Shown here: piece by piece, positions 1 through 13,900 of the stretch
Layout: every line of letters begins with the position of its first letter
Position numbering within the stretch: the stretch's first letter is position 1
NCBI RefSeq assembly: GCF_006345805.1
Contig: NC_043010.1
Location: forward strand, 47,120,001 to 47,184,000
Length of the DNA: 64,000 nucleotides
Source of the DNA: Octopus sinensis
Taxonomy: Eukaryota
Direction of reading: 5' to 3'
The notes under the pieces: model-generated
Database searches by the model: none
Seen by the model: the letters and a program-made list of their open reading frames with translations, nothing else
Told to the model about the DNA's origin: nothing
Made by a program: the position numbers and the translations under genes

Positions 1-96
1 CTCAATATAACCAATATTAACAAGAATAATCTGGGAAGTGGAATAAAATATTGAACTGCCAAAATAAGAGGAAAGTACACTATGTTTAATACATAC

Positions 97-171
97 TGAT
101 TTTGTAGTGACATTCATGTTGGTGGTATTAATTCGGGTAGCTGACAAAGGTGTCCTCACTCCAGGAATTAT
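97..171 (-). CDS. PRC1: PRC1 exon 12 candidate ([25 protein letters not shown])
   Basis: Acceptor TTTCTTATTAG, donor GTATGT; 75 nt, phase 0 to 0, no stop, so the gene continues left of the window. Confidence 0.7.
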
Positions 172-1904
172 CTAATAAGAAACATTTGTAAAATGTAAAA
201 CAAGGATAAAATAGCAATCAGAAATATCAAACGCAGTATATCAATATATACATAAAATACACAGAGTGGAGAGCGGTTATAGAAGAGGGAAATGCAGGAA
301 GATGAAGTAGTGAAGGACAATCTCAAAATGATGAACCTTGCGAAGGAGAAGACAGAACTGAGATATGTGGTGCATTGCTATACTTGAGAAAACCTAGCCC
401 ACTACAACAAAATTGAGATCTTAAAACCAAAGTACTGTGTAAAAAGCACTGATGTGGATGCTGGTACCACATAGAAAGCCCCCAGTACACACTGTACAGT
501 GGTTGGCATTAGGAAAGGCATCCAGCCATAAAAACAAGCCAAAACAGACTATAGAACCTGGTGCAGACCCTGGCCTTGCCAGTTAGTCAAGCTGTCCAAC
601 CCATGCCAGCATGAGAAACATGTTAAATGATGATGATACATCACTAATCAGTAAGGCAACAATTATTTTAGTTCAACAAGTCAATTATTCCGGTATAAAT
701 TTTGTATTTTCCCCAAAGCTACAAATTTGCAAGAGTGGAGTACAGTTGACAGAGAGTCCGATGAGGTTTGGTAGCAAAGTAAATGCTGACCAGTTTTCTA
801 ACCTGCAGTATCACTTAAAAATCAGACATAAAAGAAACTAGCTGCAGTGTGCAAGAGAATTTTAAAGAATTAAAGTCAAACATATTTCAATCATCGTCGT
901 TTAGCGTTCGCTTTCCATGCTAGCATGGGTTGGACGGTTCAACTGGGGTCTGGGAAGCCAGAAGGCAGCACCAGGCCCAGTCTGATCTGGCAATGTTTCT
1001 ATGGCTGGATGCCCTACCTAATGCCAACCACTCTGGCAATGGCTACGTTCGGATGGTTCTCAATAACTGCAGATATACAGGAACTCCAAATATAAGTCAT
1101 TAAAACAATTACTCAACATGTTATATGAAAGGGCTATATATTTTAGCTGCAGTCAAGAAGTAACTGCTGGAATTTTATGAAGAAGAAAACAAGAAAAACA
1201 ATTTCAAATGCTATTGTGGATCCCCAATTTACTATTTTCTTGCATGGACCCTCAAAAATGTTTTATGGGCCTTCAAGGGCCATATGGACCCCAGCTGAAA
1301 ACAGCTGACCCACTCTGAAGATATGAAATATAAAGTGTATAAGTGAGATTAAGGAGAGAGCAGTAGAGAGAGAGAGAGAGGGAGGGAGGGAGGGGAGAGA
1401 GAGGGAGAAGAGTGTTGAAGGCAGTGGAGAATGGTAGGCATTAGAGAGGCAGAGAAGTATTTGTAGGCAATTGTGTTGAACAGGTAGCTGACATACGGCT
1501 GATCAACCTGCTTAAAATAACCAAAGAACTCACAAATCACACCCTTAACCCTTTTGATACCAACCTGCCTGAAATTGCCCTCGGCTCTATGATACAAATT
1601 CCATTTTAAAGTGATCTAAATTAAAACCTTCCTTTAAATTTCATGTTAATTTATATTCCAAACATAAGCTAAATAATGACAAAGTTTTCTTAAATCCTTC
1701 ATTAGTTTCAGAATTACTTGAAGCAAAGGCAATAATATATTTCAATAAAAAATTTGGTAATGAAAGGGTTAAAAACAGGCCACATGGTTCCAGGTTCGAT
1801 CCCACTGCGTGGAATCTTGGGCAAGTGTCTTCTACTATAGCCTCAGGCTGACCAAAATCTTGTGAGTGGATTTGGTAGACGGAAACTGAAAGAAGCCCGT
1901 CGTA

Positions 1905-1947
<43 letters not shown>

Positions 1948-4900
1948 ATGTTTGTGCATCTGTGTTTGTCCCCTTAACATCGCTTGACAACCAATGCTGG
2001 TGTGTTTACGTCCCCATAACTTAGCAGTTCAGCAAAAGAGACCGATAGCATAAGTACTAGGCTTACAAAGAATAAGTCCTGGGATCGATTTGCTCGACTA
2101 AAGGTGGTGCTCCAGTATGGACACAGTCAAATGACTGAAACAAGTAAAAAAGGCCACATTGAACAATATATAGTGTTCTTGATATACAAATTACAGGATT
2201 GTCATAATTGAAGCACTTCATACTGTTGTTACTTGACTACTATATATCTGAGACAGTACAACACCAAAGTTTACTTGAAGTTAACGAGGGAAGGCCTGTG
2301 TCTTCAGTGACAAAAGTAATAAAATTTAGAGAGAAATGGGTCAATTAAATCAATCATCAGTGCAATTCTAATTGGGTGGATTTTGACATCACCGCACCAG
2401 TGTGATTTGAACAAGAACGAAACTAAATACTTTCAAATAAAACTAAACTTGAATGAAAAAAAAAAAAAAAATTCAAAATTTTGGGATTTAAACTCCAAGT
2501 AATAAATTGAAAATAAATAAAATTTTGAAACAACAATAATTATAAAATATAGATAAAAAATTTTAAAAACTGAAAAGGATAAAGTGAAAAAAAACTAAGT
2601 TTGTTAGGAAGTTTGCACTGGCATTAGTAAAATACCTTATCAAAATGCTGCAATGCCATTAATACCTAATGATGCCACTTTGTCACAATTGTAGCTGCTT
2701 TACTCATTTCTTAACAACAAACCTACTTTCACCAACATAAAACAGATTTCTGTGAAAAGGTGTAAGCAGGCTGAATCCAGAGTTGAATTTAAATTTTCCT
2801 TTTCCAGTAGAGTTTCTCTAGAGCAGTGTTTCCCAACCTATTTTCTCCCAAGATTCAATATAACTTCCCATAAAAATGTATGCCCTGCTGGTGGTTGGAC
2901 CCCACCCCCACAAAAAACAAAACAAAAAGAAAAAACTATTTTTAATATTCTATAACAATTATTTAGTGGAGGCATGTGGCTTAGTGGTTAGGGTGTCAGC
3001 ATCATGATCGTAAGATTGTGGTTTCGATTCCTGGACCAGGCGACATGTTGTGTTCTTGAGCAAAACACTTCATTTCACGTTGCTCCAGTCCACTCAGCTG
3101 GCAAAAATGAGTAACGCTGTGACGGACTGGCGTCCCATCCAGCTAGGGAACACATACGCTATAGAAACCGGGCCCATGAGCCTGGCTAGGCTTTAAAAAA
3201 GGGCACTTTTATTTATTTTTGTTGTGGGGACATAAACACACCAACACTGGTTGTCAAAAAGTGGTGGTGGACCAACACAGACACCAAGACACATACACAT
3301 ATATGTATGACAGGCTTCTTTCAGTTTCTGTCTACCAAATCCACAATCTACTCATAAGGCTTTGGTCGGCCCAAAGTTATAGAAGACACTTTCCCAGTGT
3401 CACGCAATGGGACTGAATCTAAAACCAAGGCTCCTTACTACATAAGCCATGCCTGTGCTTATCACAAGAAATTGATAAATGGAAAAGTGATATTTTATGT
3501 ATGCAGGCAAAGGCTGCATACATGAATCTTATTTTAAAAGAAAGATGTTGAATTTACAAGAACTAAAAAGCATAATATCAAGTTAGGGGTTATTTGTTTT
3601 ATAATTTTCTCTTCAATTTATTTTAAGAGTTAGAAATTAGTTCAACAACTGAAACAAACGTCATTAGTAGCAACAGCTTTGAAATAAATACTATTTAAGG
3701 ATCTTGCCTTTGCCTTGCCTCTTGGTGTTGACTGACTTCGCTGAAATTTTGCACAAAAACTAAATTATTCGTTTTGAAGTCATGGAATGTGTAGTTTTAT
3801 AACATTTATGAGGCAAGGTGAAAATAAAAACCTGGAATAACTTAAAAGCAAACATACTTTTAATAATTAGATTAAATGTTATCAATTGAGAATTTAGAGC
3901 AAATTAGTCTAACAGTGACGTGACCAGTAAATTCTATTACGGTAAATTTCATGATAGGTAAAATTCACTGCAGTATATTCCACTACGGTAAATTCCACAG
4001 GCCCTTATTATACACTTCTCAACTAATTAGTCGTTTGTTCAAGTATTGGTTTATGCCTTTGTTACTCGTTTTTTTTAACTGAATTTCACTGTACTGCTAA
4101 TTTTTTTCTATTCAGTTTAACTTAAAATTTTGAAACCCTCAACCATGGCAACATTTATGACGAAGAGAATCATATATATAAAAAGAATGGGATTACCAGT
4201 AGCAAAACTAAAATATATTGACACTACGAGCATTTTTACAAAGGTTGCCAGGATAGGATACATACAGCTTTCAACAGGCTCGTATAATCACTAAGCAAGC
4301 AGCGCACACATTAATGTCTGAAAGCCAGTTAATTCAATGCAAAGTGAAGTAATGAGAATGGGCACAGTATCTTCATGGGAAGTAATAGCTACTGCTGTAC
4401 AAAATCTCGGTGAGGAAGCACAATCATTGTTGCAAACTATTCCTGGACTTTCACATAACATATGTAGTTGGAGGCAGCATGCTTTAGAAATCCCAGTGCT
4501 TCCAACTTGTCGTTCAGGGTTTGAAGTTCCTGATGCAGTTAAGTACTTGGAAATTGGGTCCTTGTTTTTGGTCTTTGACATTGGCATTGATAACTCAGAA
4601 TTTTAGTTTTTCCTCAGAAAAAGGCTTGGATGATCTAGAAAGCTCAGAAAATTGGGCCTGTGATGGGACTTTTAAAGTGTCTCCTAGTTTGTGGTGTCAG
4701 CTTTTCACGCTACATATCATCATTAGAGGGTTGTGTGTGCCCAGCCTATTTGCCTTCCTGACAAAAAGAAGCCACATATCATCATGATCTGTCTGCTGTG
4801 CGGGATCTAAGGGCAAATTGTTGACCTGCAACCTTTCTCATGGATTTTGAAAAAGCCCTCCATAATTCATTTGTTTCTGTATTTCTGCATTTAGAAGTAC

Positions 4901-7900
4901 TTGGGTGTGTTTTTTCACCACAGACAGTCTATTTGGTGGAAGATATGCGCACTTGGTGAGAGTAGGAGATACAACACCGATGAAAGTTTTCAGCTTAAAA
5001 TTAAGTGTTTTTGCGCTTCAGCATTTTTACCAACTGAAGATGACATCAATGGATTTGAAGATGTGTCTGAAGATGAAAGCATTCCTTCTGAGTTTATCAC
5101 TTATTTTGAGAATTCATACATTGGGACTGTAAGAGGACGCAGCCTTCATTGACGAAGAGAAATCCCAGTTTCCTATCCAACTCTGGAATATACGTGACTG
5201 TGTTTTAAATAGTTTGCCAAGAGCAAATAATTCGGTAGAAGGGTTCCACAATGCTTTGTGGCCACCGATAATATCCACACGCCCAAATTTGTGGTCACTT
5301 TGCAATGTCTCTAAGACTGAAGAAGGCTTAAGGCAGATGAAATGCACATATTCACATGGGAACCCGACAAAAAAAAAAAAAAAAAAAGTCCTATCACATG
5401 ATTGATGCTCAACTAAAGAAGCTAGTTGAGAATTATCAATCTGAAATCGCTCTGCAATTTTTAAGAAATATTGCATGCAATTTGCCATTAAAGAATTCTC
5501 TTCAAAAACTTTTTCCATAACTTTATTTCTATGTCTTCGCCATCATTTTTCTGTAAATATGTGAATAAAATGTGATCTAAACTGTATTCATATTACCTAT
5601 AATGAAATTTACCAGAGTGGAATTTACCTACAACCAGCATTGAACTCATTTTTCAGTAGGTGTAACTGAGCAATAGTATATATGAGGGTGGACTGAAAAA
5701 TTCATTGACTGTGAAGGAGTGATGTTAGAGCTGTGAAATGTTGTATACATTAATTTCGACTCTTCTTATTGCATTGTTTTTTTTTTTCTTTTTCAGATAA
5801 ACTAACATCTGACTGTTCAAAGATTTCCTAAGTAATTAATAGCAACATCTGACTGTTCAAAGATTTCCTAAGTAATTAATAGCAACTTCTTTTGAAATGG
5901 ATAAAATTTGGCATCATGACCTTATCAAGTACCTGCAGGAAAAGGATTTAGTCCTCAAGAACATTCATGTTGACATGGTTGCTTCATGAGGGGATAACGC
6001 TCCAGCTTGACCAACTGAGCATTAGTGGGCAGCTGAATTGAAGAGGGACAAGAGAGTCTTGAAGATGTCACCACTAAAAGGAAAACATTGATCGGGTTCA
6101 CCACATGGTGACGGATGACAGGCAACTGACTATAAACCAAATAGCCAATGCTACTAGCATATCCTGTGAGAGAGTTGAGGATATTCTACATAATGAACTT
6201 GGCATGACAAAGGTTTCTACTTGATGGGTACGTCTTCTGATATCTGATCAAAAGTACACCAGGCTGATCATATCACAGGAAAATCTGACATTTTTTTTTT
6301 ATAAATGCTGTTTTTTCAAGAGTCACTCCTTTAATCCATTAACTGCAACGGCCTGTTACCGTAACTTATTGGTCATGCGCTATTGCTCTCGACATTTAAT
6401 TACAAGGAAATCTAACTTTTTTGGATTTTTACAATATTTCATAATTAAACTTTAATATTTAGCACTAACGTTATTTAAATATCCTCAAAACCATGTCAGA
6501 GATACAGAATAAAATATTTTTTCAAATTATGAAAAATGTATCACTGGTGGTGCATATGGCAATTGTGAAATTCACAATGAACCACCAGTGGTACATGTGG
6601 TCGTTAACATGTTAAAGAATAAGGAGAATATTAATATTTGCTTCTTACTTACCCTTCGAGTTTTATTCACTACCATCATAGATGGTGTGATCGGCATTCG
6701 GGCTCCTCGTTTCTTTGGAGTCATAGCGGGTTTAGTACCAAATTTCATATCCGATTCCATCTGTAGGGCCCGTGATTTTTGCTGCAGATAAGAGAATGCA
6801 AAGGTTTCATATATATCTCTTAGCTTCTAAGTACTTAATTTTATCAGTCTCTTTTGCCAAATCAGGAAGTGTAATGAGTGCTTTTTAAGTGGCACCAGCA
6901 GTTTAAAAATTACTGTTCAGACAAAACTAATTTCTTGTTAAAAAGCCATAGTTATTGAAATGTCTTCAGTATATCACTGATATTCATTTAATTGACTTAA
7001 TAGGACTGAAAAATAAGCTGATCTGGGAAAAATTAAAACTAAGTATTTAATTGAACAAGATACCACAAATTATCTTGGCCATCCATAATTACTATAACAT
7101 CCAAATTAAAGTAATTTTTTAATATAAGTACAAGGCCAAAAATTGGTGAAAGGATTAGTCGATTAGATCAACCCCAGTACTTCACTGGTACATTATCTGT
7201 TGACTTTGTATGGATGAAGAGCAAAAGTGACTTTTGTGGGATTTGAACTCAGACCAGTCCAACCCATGCCAGCATGGAAAATATATTAAAAGATGATGAT
7301 GACAATAAAGGGGAAGAACAAATACAAGGCAATATAGTTGATTAAATCAACCCCAGTACTTCATTGGTGTTTTATTTTATTGACCTTATTGGGACAAAAG
7401 ACAAAACCGACCTGGGTGGGATTTGAACTCAGACAAGGTGGCAGAACAAATACTGCAAAGCATTTTATCCAATGCTTTAATCAGCTTTTCACAAATGACA
7501 TCTGACACCCATAAAATTATCAACCATCGCACCTCTTCAAACTCCACCCATCTAACACCCGTGGACATATTTACAAAATAAGAAAACAGCACAGCTCCCA
7601 TGACTTCAGGAAACATTTTTTCACGCTGAGAGTTGCTGAAGCGTGGAACAAACTGCCGGCATCGGTTGTTAGTTGTCAGAGCACTGCATCCTTCAAAACT
7701 TCCATGCTTCCTGAGATTCGCCAACACTACACTTGATTTTCTCCCCTCCATACACACACAAGCATGTTCACTTTCCAGACATTTCTACATTACTGCATGT
7801 ACTTTAGATGCACTTTCTGACAAGTTGTGGTGCACCTGAGCACTGTATACAATAATTTCATTATTATTATTATTATTATTTATAAAAAAGCACGTAATAA

Positions 7901-10900
7901 CGATACTTACTCGCTGTTCTTTTTCACGCTCTCTCTCATCCTGAATGGTTTTGTAGCGCTGTGTAACATATTCTGAGAACTCCATTCCATAAATCGAGAA
8001 TTTTAATTTTTGTTCTTCTTCCCATTTATTGATCAATTCCTGGAGGTTAGCTTCTAGCTGCAAAATTTGAAAAAGGAAACAGATAATATAGTAAAACAAG
8101 AGTCAGACACAACTAGAATTTAGAATTTTTAAACAGAATATTAAACATTCTATATTATAGGTCGACAGGTCTATAATAAATACACAATCCCACTACATGG
8201 CACCATTAGCACATAACTTCTACCATAGCCTCGAGTAGACCAATATTTTCAGCCCATAGTGTGTGTGTGTGTGTGTGCTTATGGTGTGTATACATCTTTT
8301 TAATATCTATATATATCCATTATCATCATCATTTAATGTCCACCTTCCATACAGGCATGGGTTGGATGGGTTGATAGGAGCTGGCTAGGTAGAAGACAAA
8401 CCCAGGTTATTGGGTCTGTTTTGGCAGGAATTTTACAGCTGGATGCCCTTCCAAATACCAACCACTTTACAGTGTGGACTAGATGCTTTTTACACAGCAC
8501 TAGCACCAGCAGGGTCACCAAGTAACATGCAAGACAAGGAATTTTAAGAGGAGAGGGGTTCACAGAGGAAACGACAATGGACTGAGATGTCTGGTGATAT
8601 GAGGTTCTAGAGAAGACCTATCCATGTCAGCGAAACTGAATGCTAGGTGTGCTGTGCCCCACCCACAGGTAACAAACTTTTTACACACCCTACCCCAAGG
8701 AACCAAACTACATCTCTTCTAAACTGCATATTTTTCTTCCTCACATTTTCCAGGTATTAAGGTGTGAGTAGGGAGTGGGGATTGCAATGACTAGTGAAAA
8801 CCTGGGTATAAAAACAGGGTGAGGGGAAAGCAATGATACACTATCTATATATTACATAAGAATACTGTTGACAGTCACTGTAGTTGGAGGGTAGTTTTAT
8901 GTAGTTTTAATATAACTATCAGGAGTATAGATACAAAGATGTGAAGAAAAATAAAAGGGTGGGGAAGAATAATGGCTTCAAACTTTGTCACAGGGCCAGG
9001 CAATTTTATGGAAAGGGATTAGTTGATTCATCAACCCCAGTGCCCAACTGGTACTTTTGTTAATCTTGAAAAGATGAAAGGCAAAGTCAACCTTAACAGA
9101 ATTTGAACTCAGAACACAATGAGCCAGTAGAAATGCTGCCCAGCACATTAACAATTGCTAGTTTGCTGCCTTAAGGGAGTGGGGAAACTCCTACTATAGG
9201 CACAAAACCCCCATAGGTTTGGGAGAAAGGGCCAATAAATTACATTAATCCCAGCACTTGACAGGTATTTATTCCACTCACCCTGAAAGGATGAAAAGCA
9301 ATGTTGCCATTGGCAGAATTTGAACTCAGAACCTAAAGTTGGATGAAATGCTAAGCAACTTGTCCAGCATACTAATGATTCAGCCAGCTTGCTCCCTTAG
9401 AAAAGGGGTGGGGAGAAATAAGATTTACATGCAGACATAACTAAAATTAGATAACCCAATAAAGAATATATTCTATGGCAGGATGCCCTTCCAAATGCCA
9501 ACTACTTTTTTGATTCCCTTTAATATTTAAACTGAAAACATCTGGCCCAAATATTCTACTTGTTTTATGTTCCAACCAGCCAGATCCAGCCATTCACACC
9601 TACCCTACAATGTCATAGTAAAAACAATCATATCAAAATCTTGAAGCTACAGAATAATGCATGATTAATTCAAAAGAATATGAATAAATAAGGATTACAT
9701 TTAGCATAGTAATATGAGTGCTAAAGGGTTACAGCACCTTGCCTTTTAAAATTTTTTATTCAGGTAAGATACTCTATTCTAGTGTGCTTGATGTTGAACT
9801 ATCAAGCTGGATGTTTTGTTTCTGGGGAATAAAGACATCACTGATGCTCCTGCTTATGCCAATGTTAAGATGCACAGAGACATGCAGGCACACACACACA
9901 CAGAGTATCTCTGTACAGTTTCCATCTACCAAATTTCACTCAAAAGGCATTGGTCAGCACAAAGCTTTTGTAGAAGACATTCACCTAAAGAGCAGTGAAA
10001 CTGAACCAGAAACTGCATGGTTTCAAACATAAAAATACCTACACACACACACACACAAAGAAACCAGATATGCTCAGAAAAAAATACAACACAAAAAGAC
10101 ATTATCCAAAATAAATAGATATGACTATAATTTTAAGTCAAATATTCAGTGCATAACAGCGTTTGACACAAGAACATACTAGTTTTATATATAACCCATG
10201 CTGGCATGGAAAGCGGACGTTAAATAATACTCTTACTCTTTTATTGTTTCAGTCATTTGACTGCCGCCATGCTGGAGCACCGCCTTTAGTCGAGCGACTC
10301 GACCTCGGGACTTATTCTTTGTAAGCCCAGTACTTATTCTATCGGTCTCTTTTGCCGAACCGCTAAGTGACGGGGACGTAAACACACCAGCATCGCTTGT
10401 CAAACAATCCTAGGGGGACAAACACAGACACACAAACATAAATAATATATATATATATACGACAGGCTTCTTTCAGTTTCCGTCTACCAAATCCACTCAC
10501 AAGGCATTGGTTGGCCCGGGGCTATAGCAGAAGACACTTGCCCAAGATGCCACGCAGTGGGACTGAACCCGGAACCATGTGGTTGGTAAACAAGCTACTT
10601 ACCACACAGCCACTCCTGCGCCTAATGATGTTATATAACGATGATATATAAAAAAAAAACTCAAAATGCTCAGTATATGTGATAAAAATTATTGCAATAA
10701 TTGCATGAAAAGTTGAAAAGGTTTTGCACCCTTCAGCCTATTATGATCATAAAGCTCATTATTTGTTGACCCAACATCTGAGTGTTTGGCTGTGTGCCAA
10801 TGAAATGGCATAACTCTTAGCTGATTAACTATAGTGGGAGTGAGAGAGATGTTTGGAGTAATAGTTACTGACATCTGATAACAACTCACAGCTGTAAATG

Positions 10901-13900
10901 AATAAATTATTCAAGAATTAATTACATGTGACTGGGTCAATATAGATTTTTCACAATATTGCCATCCCAATGGATGATCTATGCACATATGTGCATGCAT
11001 ATATAGACACACACAGAAAAGCAGTTCATTGATAAATATATTTCTAGTGATATAGAGCATAATATTTCACATCCATTAGCAACATTTTCTGAATATTTGT
11101 ACACTCTTTCTACATACTCATGAAATTTATCCATTCTATTTACATTGTCCTCTAAACATAAAAAAGACGGTTACTGTAGCAGTCATCTGTTTTACTGCAT
11201 TGTTTTACTAAAGGCTTTTAAGGTACTTTGTTATCATAAAATTAGACCTGGAGCACACTACCCTATTTTATTATTCTTATTCGTGATCTTAAGATTGTGG
11301 AAAGCAATAAAATGTGAAAACAGTAACAATATTTAAAATCTACTTATAAACAACCTTTTTGTGGATATATTTCTAATGAGTAGACTGTCTATGTGTTCCA
11401 CTTAATTTTCAAAATAGTCAAGATTCTGGAGGGAGTTTCATAAAATATCTTACTTTGCATACCAGTTGTTGTTGCTTAGTCCCAGGACAACCACAAAGAT
11501 GCAGCTGATGAAAGATTCTGACAGTGTCTTTTTAGGAGTATGTGGGGACAACATTATTAGAGCTGTGTTCTTATATAAGACAGTTGAGTGTATCTGAGAG
11601 AAAGGTTTGGCTGCTATTTCTAGCAGGTCTAAGCAGTAATTTGTAGATTTCCAGTATATTACTCAAGAGCCAACCAACTGAATTTTTTTTTTTTTTTTTT
11701 TAATTGCTTAGCAATAAAGTAAAGGTATTTCCTATGACTCTTTCCAGAGCATCCAAGACCAATACGAAGAAATTGTCAGTTCAAAGAACTGTTCTGATTG
11801 CTTGTAAACAGGGAGGATACCATTAAAAGGTTAATAAAGGATCAGGTGACAGTGTGAAATAGGGTGAGAGAAAGCTTACCACCCAAAAACAGTTTCCATC
11901 TGTGAAATTCTTATCAGGTTTTTGGTCACCCTGTGAGAGTTAAGCTGAAACAATGCAGTTTCAAAACAGCACTTCTTAACCACACAGTCACCTACGCCTA
12001 TACTATCTTTTACACAGGAATTGAATTTTTATCAATATTTTAATAAAATACAAGCACTTCAGAATGGGCAGACTTATGTGTCCTTCTGCCATTGTCAGTT
12101 ACGACAAAGATTCTGATCTGATCAATGTAACAGCCAGCTTGTGAAATTAATGTGCAAGTGGCTGCGCACTCCACAGATGTGTATTCATAATGTAGTACTC
12201 AGGGAGATTCAGCACGACACAGAATATGAAAAGGCTGGCCATTTGAATTACAGGTACTACTCATTTTTCCCCCCCACACATGGTTGGCTTCCCCAGTTTT
12301 TGTCAACTACATTCACTCACAAGACATTGATTGACCTAGGGCTATGTAAAATACACTTGCCTAAGGTGCCTCACAGTGGAACTGAACCTGAAATTAAGTG
12401 GTTGCAAAGTGAGCTTCCTAACCATACACTCATGCAAGAGTTGGATGTATTACTATGGATGGAATCAATTTTTATTTTGGAGTTAGTACCCTCCAAGATG
12501 AGTTGGGATCACATCTCCCTTGTGCAATCTATTTTCGGCAGGTTTATTTTGGCTGAAAAGGTTTCCAATCATAAATCACTTTACAGATTGTAATGGTACA
12601 TTTTATTGTGGCCCCAGCATAAAACAAAGTAAATTATTTTAACTTTGGCCCAATATATTATACTAGACTACCCATTACCAGTTGGGTCACTGACGGTTCA
12701 GGTTATAAACCATTGAAGCTGATTTCAACATTGCACTGAAATGAAAGTTAATTCTATTAAAACTCAAATATTTCAATTCATCATAATAGGTCTGGTTTGC
12801 AAGTTCATGTTTAAAGCATTTGATTCATGATCTCTTGCTTGTCTCTCTCCCTCTGTTCCACCAGACACTCAGCTCTCTGAGCATCCAATTTAATCTCACC
12901 TGCTTCTGTCTCTTTCTCTCTGTTCTGCCAGATGCTCAGTACTCTGAGCATCTGATTCATGAACATTTCTAAATAATTAAAATATCTGTTTAAAGAAACC
13001 TTAATATAAATATTTACTTTACAAACAACTTGTATTTTTCAAATCATATTCATTTACAAATATTTTTGAATAATTAAAATATTGTCTGTTAAAAGAAAGC
13101 TGAAATATAAATACTCACTGTACAAACAATTTGTATTTTTTAGGGTTATGTTACTTTTGGAGTATTTTCCCATCGGTAGTATTAGGTTGGTGCATAATTA
13201 TATGTTTTTGTTGAATAAAATTTATTGAAAAAAAGCCGCAATAATTATGCACCAACCTAATATATTGATATAAATATTTAAAAAATGCTAACCTTTGGCA
13301 ACTCTTTGATAATTCTTTTGCGAGCTTTTTCCTCTTGAAGTAAAGCTCCACCCCGATTGTTAAAACGATTAGGATCAGTTGCCTTTTTCTGGAAAGGAAA
13401 CAAATTTCAAATTAAATACCACTTATGACAAATTTATTGAAAAGAAAAAGTATTTTAGAAATTATACTTACAACATAAGGAATAGGACTTTGAGAAAATC
13501 AATGTAAAATTAATTGGTTAGTAAGTATGTGATAGTACAAATAATTTTATGTCTATTTTTCTATGCTGACATGGGTTAGATGGATCCTTATAATCTGCAT
13601 CATCTTGAACACACAGCAACAAAGAAAAGCAGCCAACTTTGGTGTTGCATGTTTTAGGTGCTCCTAATATGCTGCTGGCACTAAGGTGTGTCACATCCTA
13701 CTAGTACATTCTATTTTATGGAAGTTTTTTTTTTCATTTTGTAGAAACTTTTGGCGTAGTTTCTATAGCATGATGCTCTTCCTACTAACCACTTTACAGA
13801 GTATACAGAGTGCATTTTACTTTGTTATAGGTGCTCAAGACATTGTCCCATGCAAGGAGTACTACAAAGTCCTTGTTACTCTGTAAATCAATTCTTATTC

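Noticed and set aside
1311-1340. CUGAAGA-UAU-GAAA hammerhead-like string
   Set aside because: Only 3 nt are available for helix II and helix I is out of register; probably chance.
660-2820. Additional PRC1 exon candidates at about 690-802, 2340-2425 and 2700-2817
   Set aside because: They have in-frame stops or weak acceptors and no PRC1-like sequence; exons 3740-3660 and 171-97 join cleanly without them.
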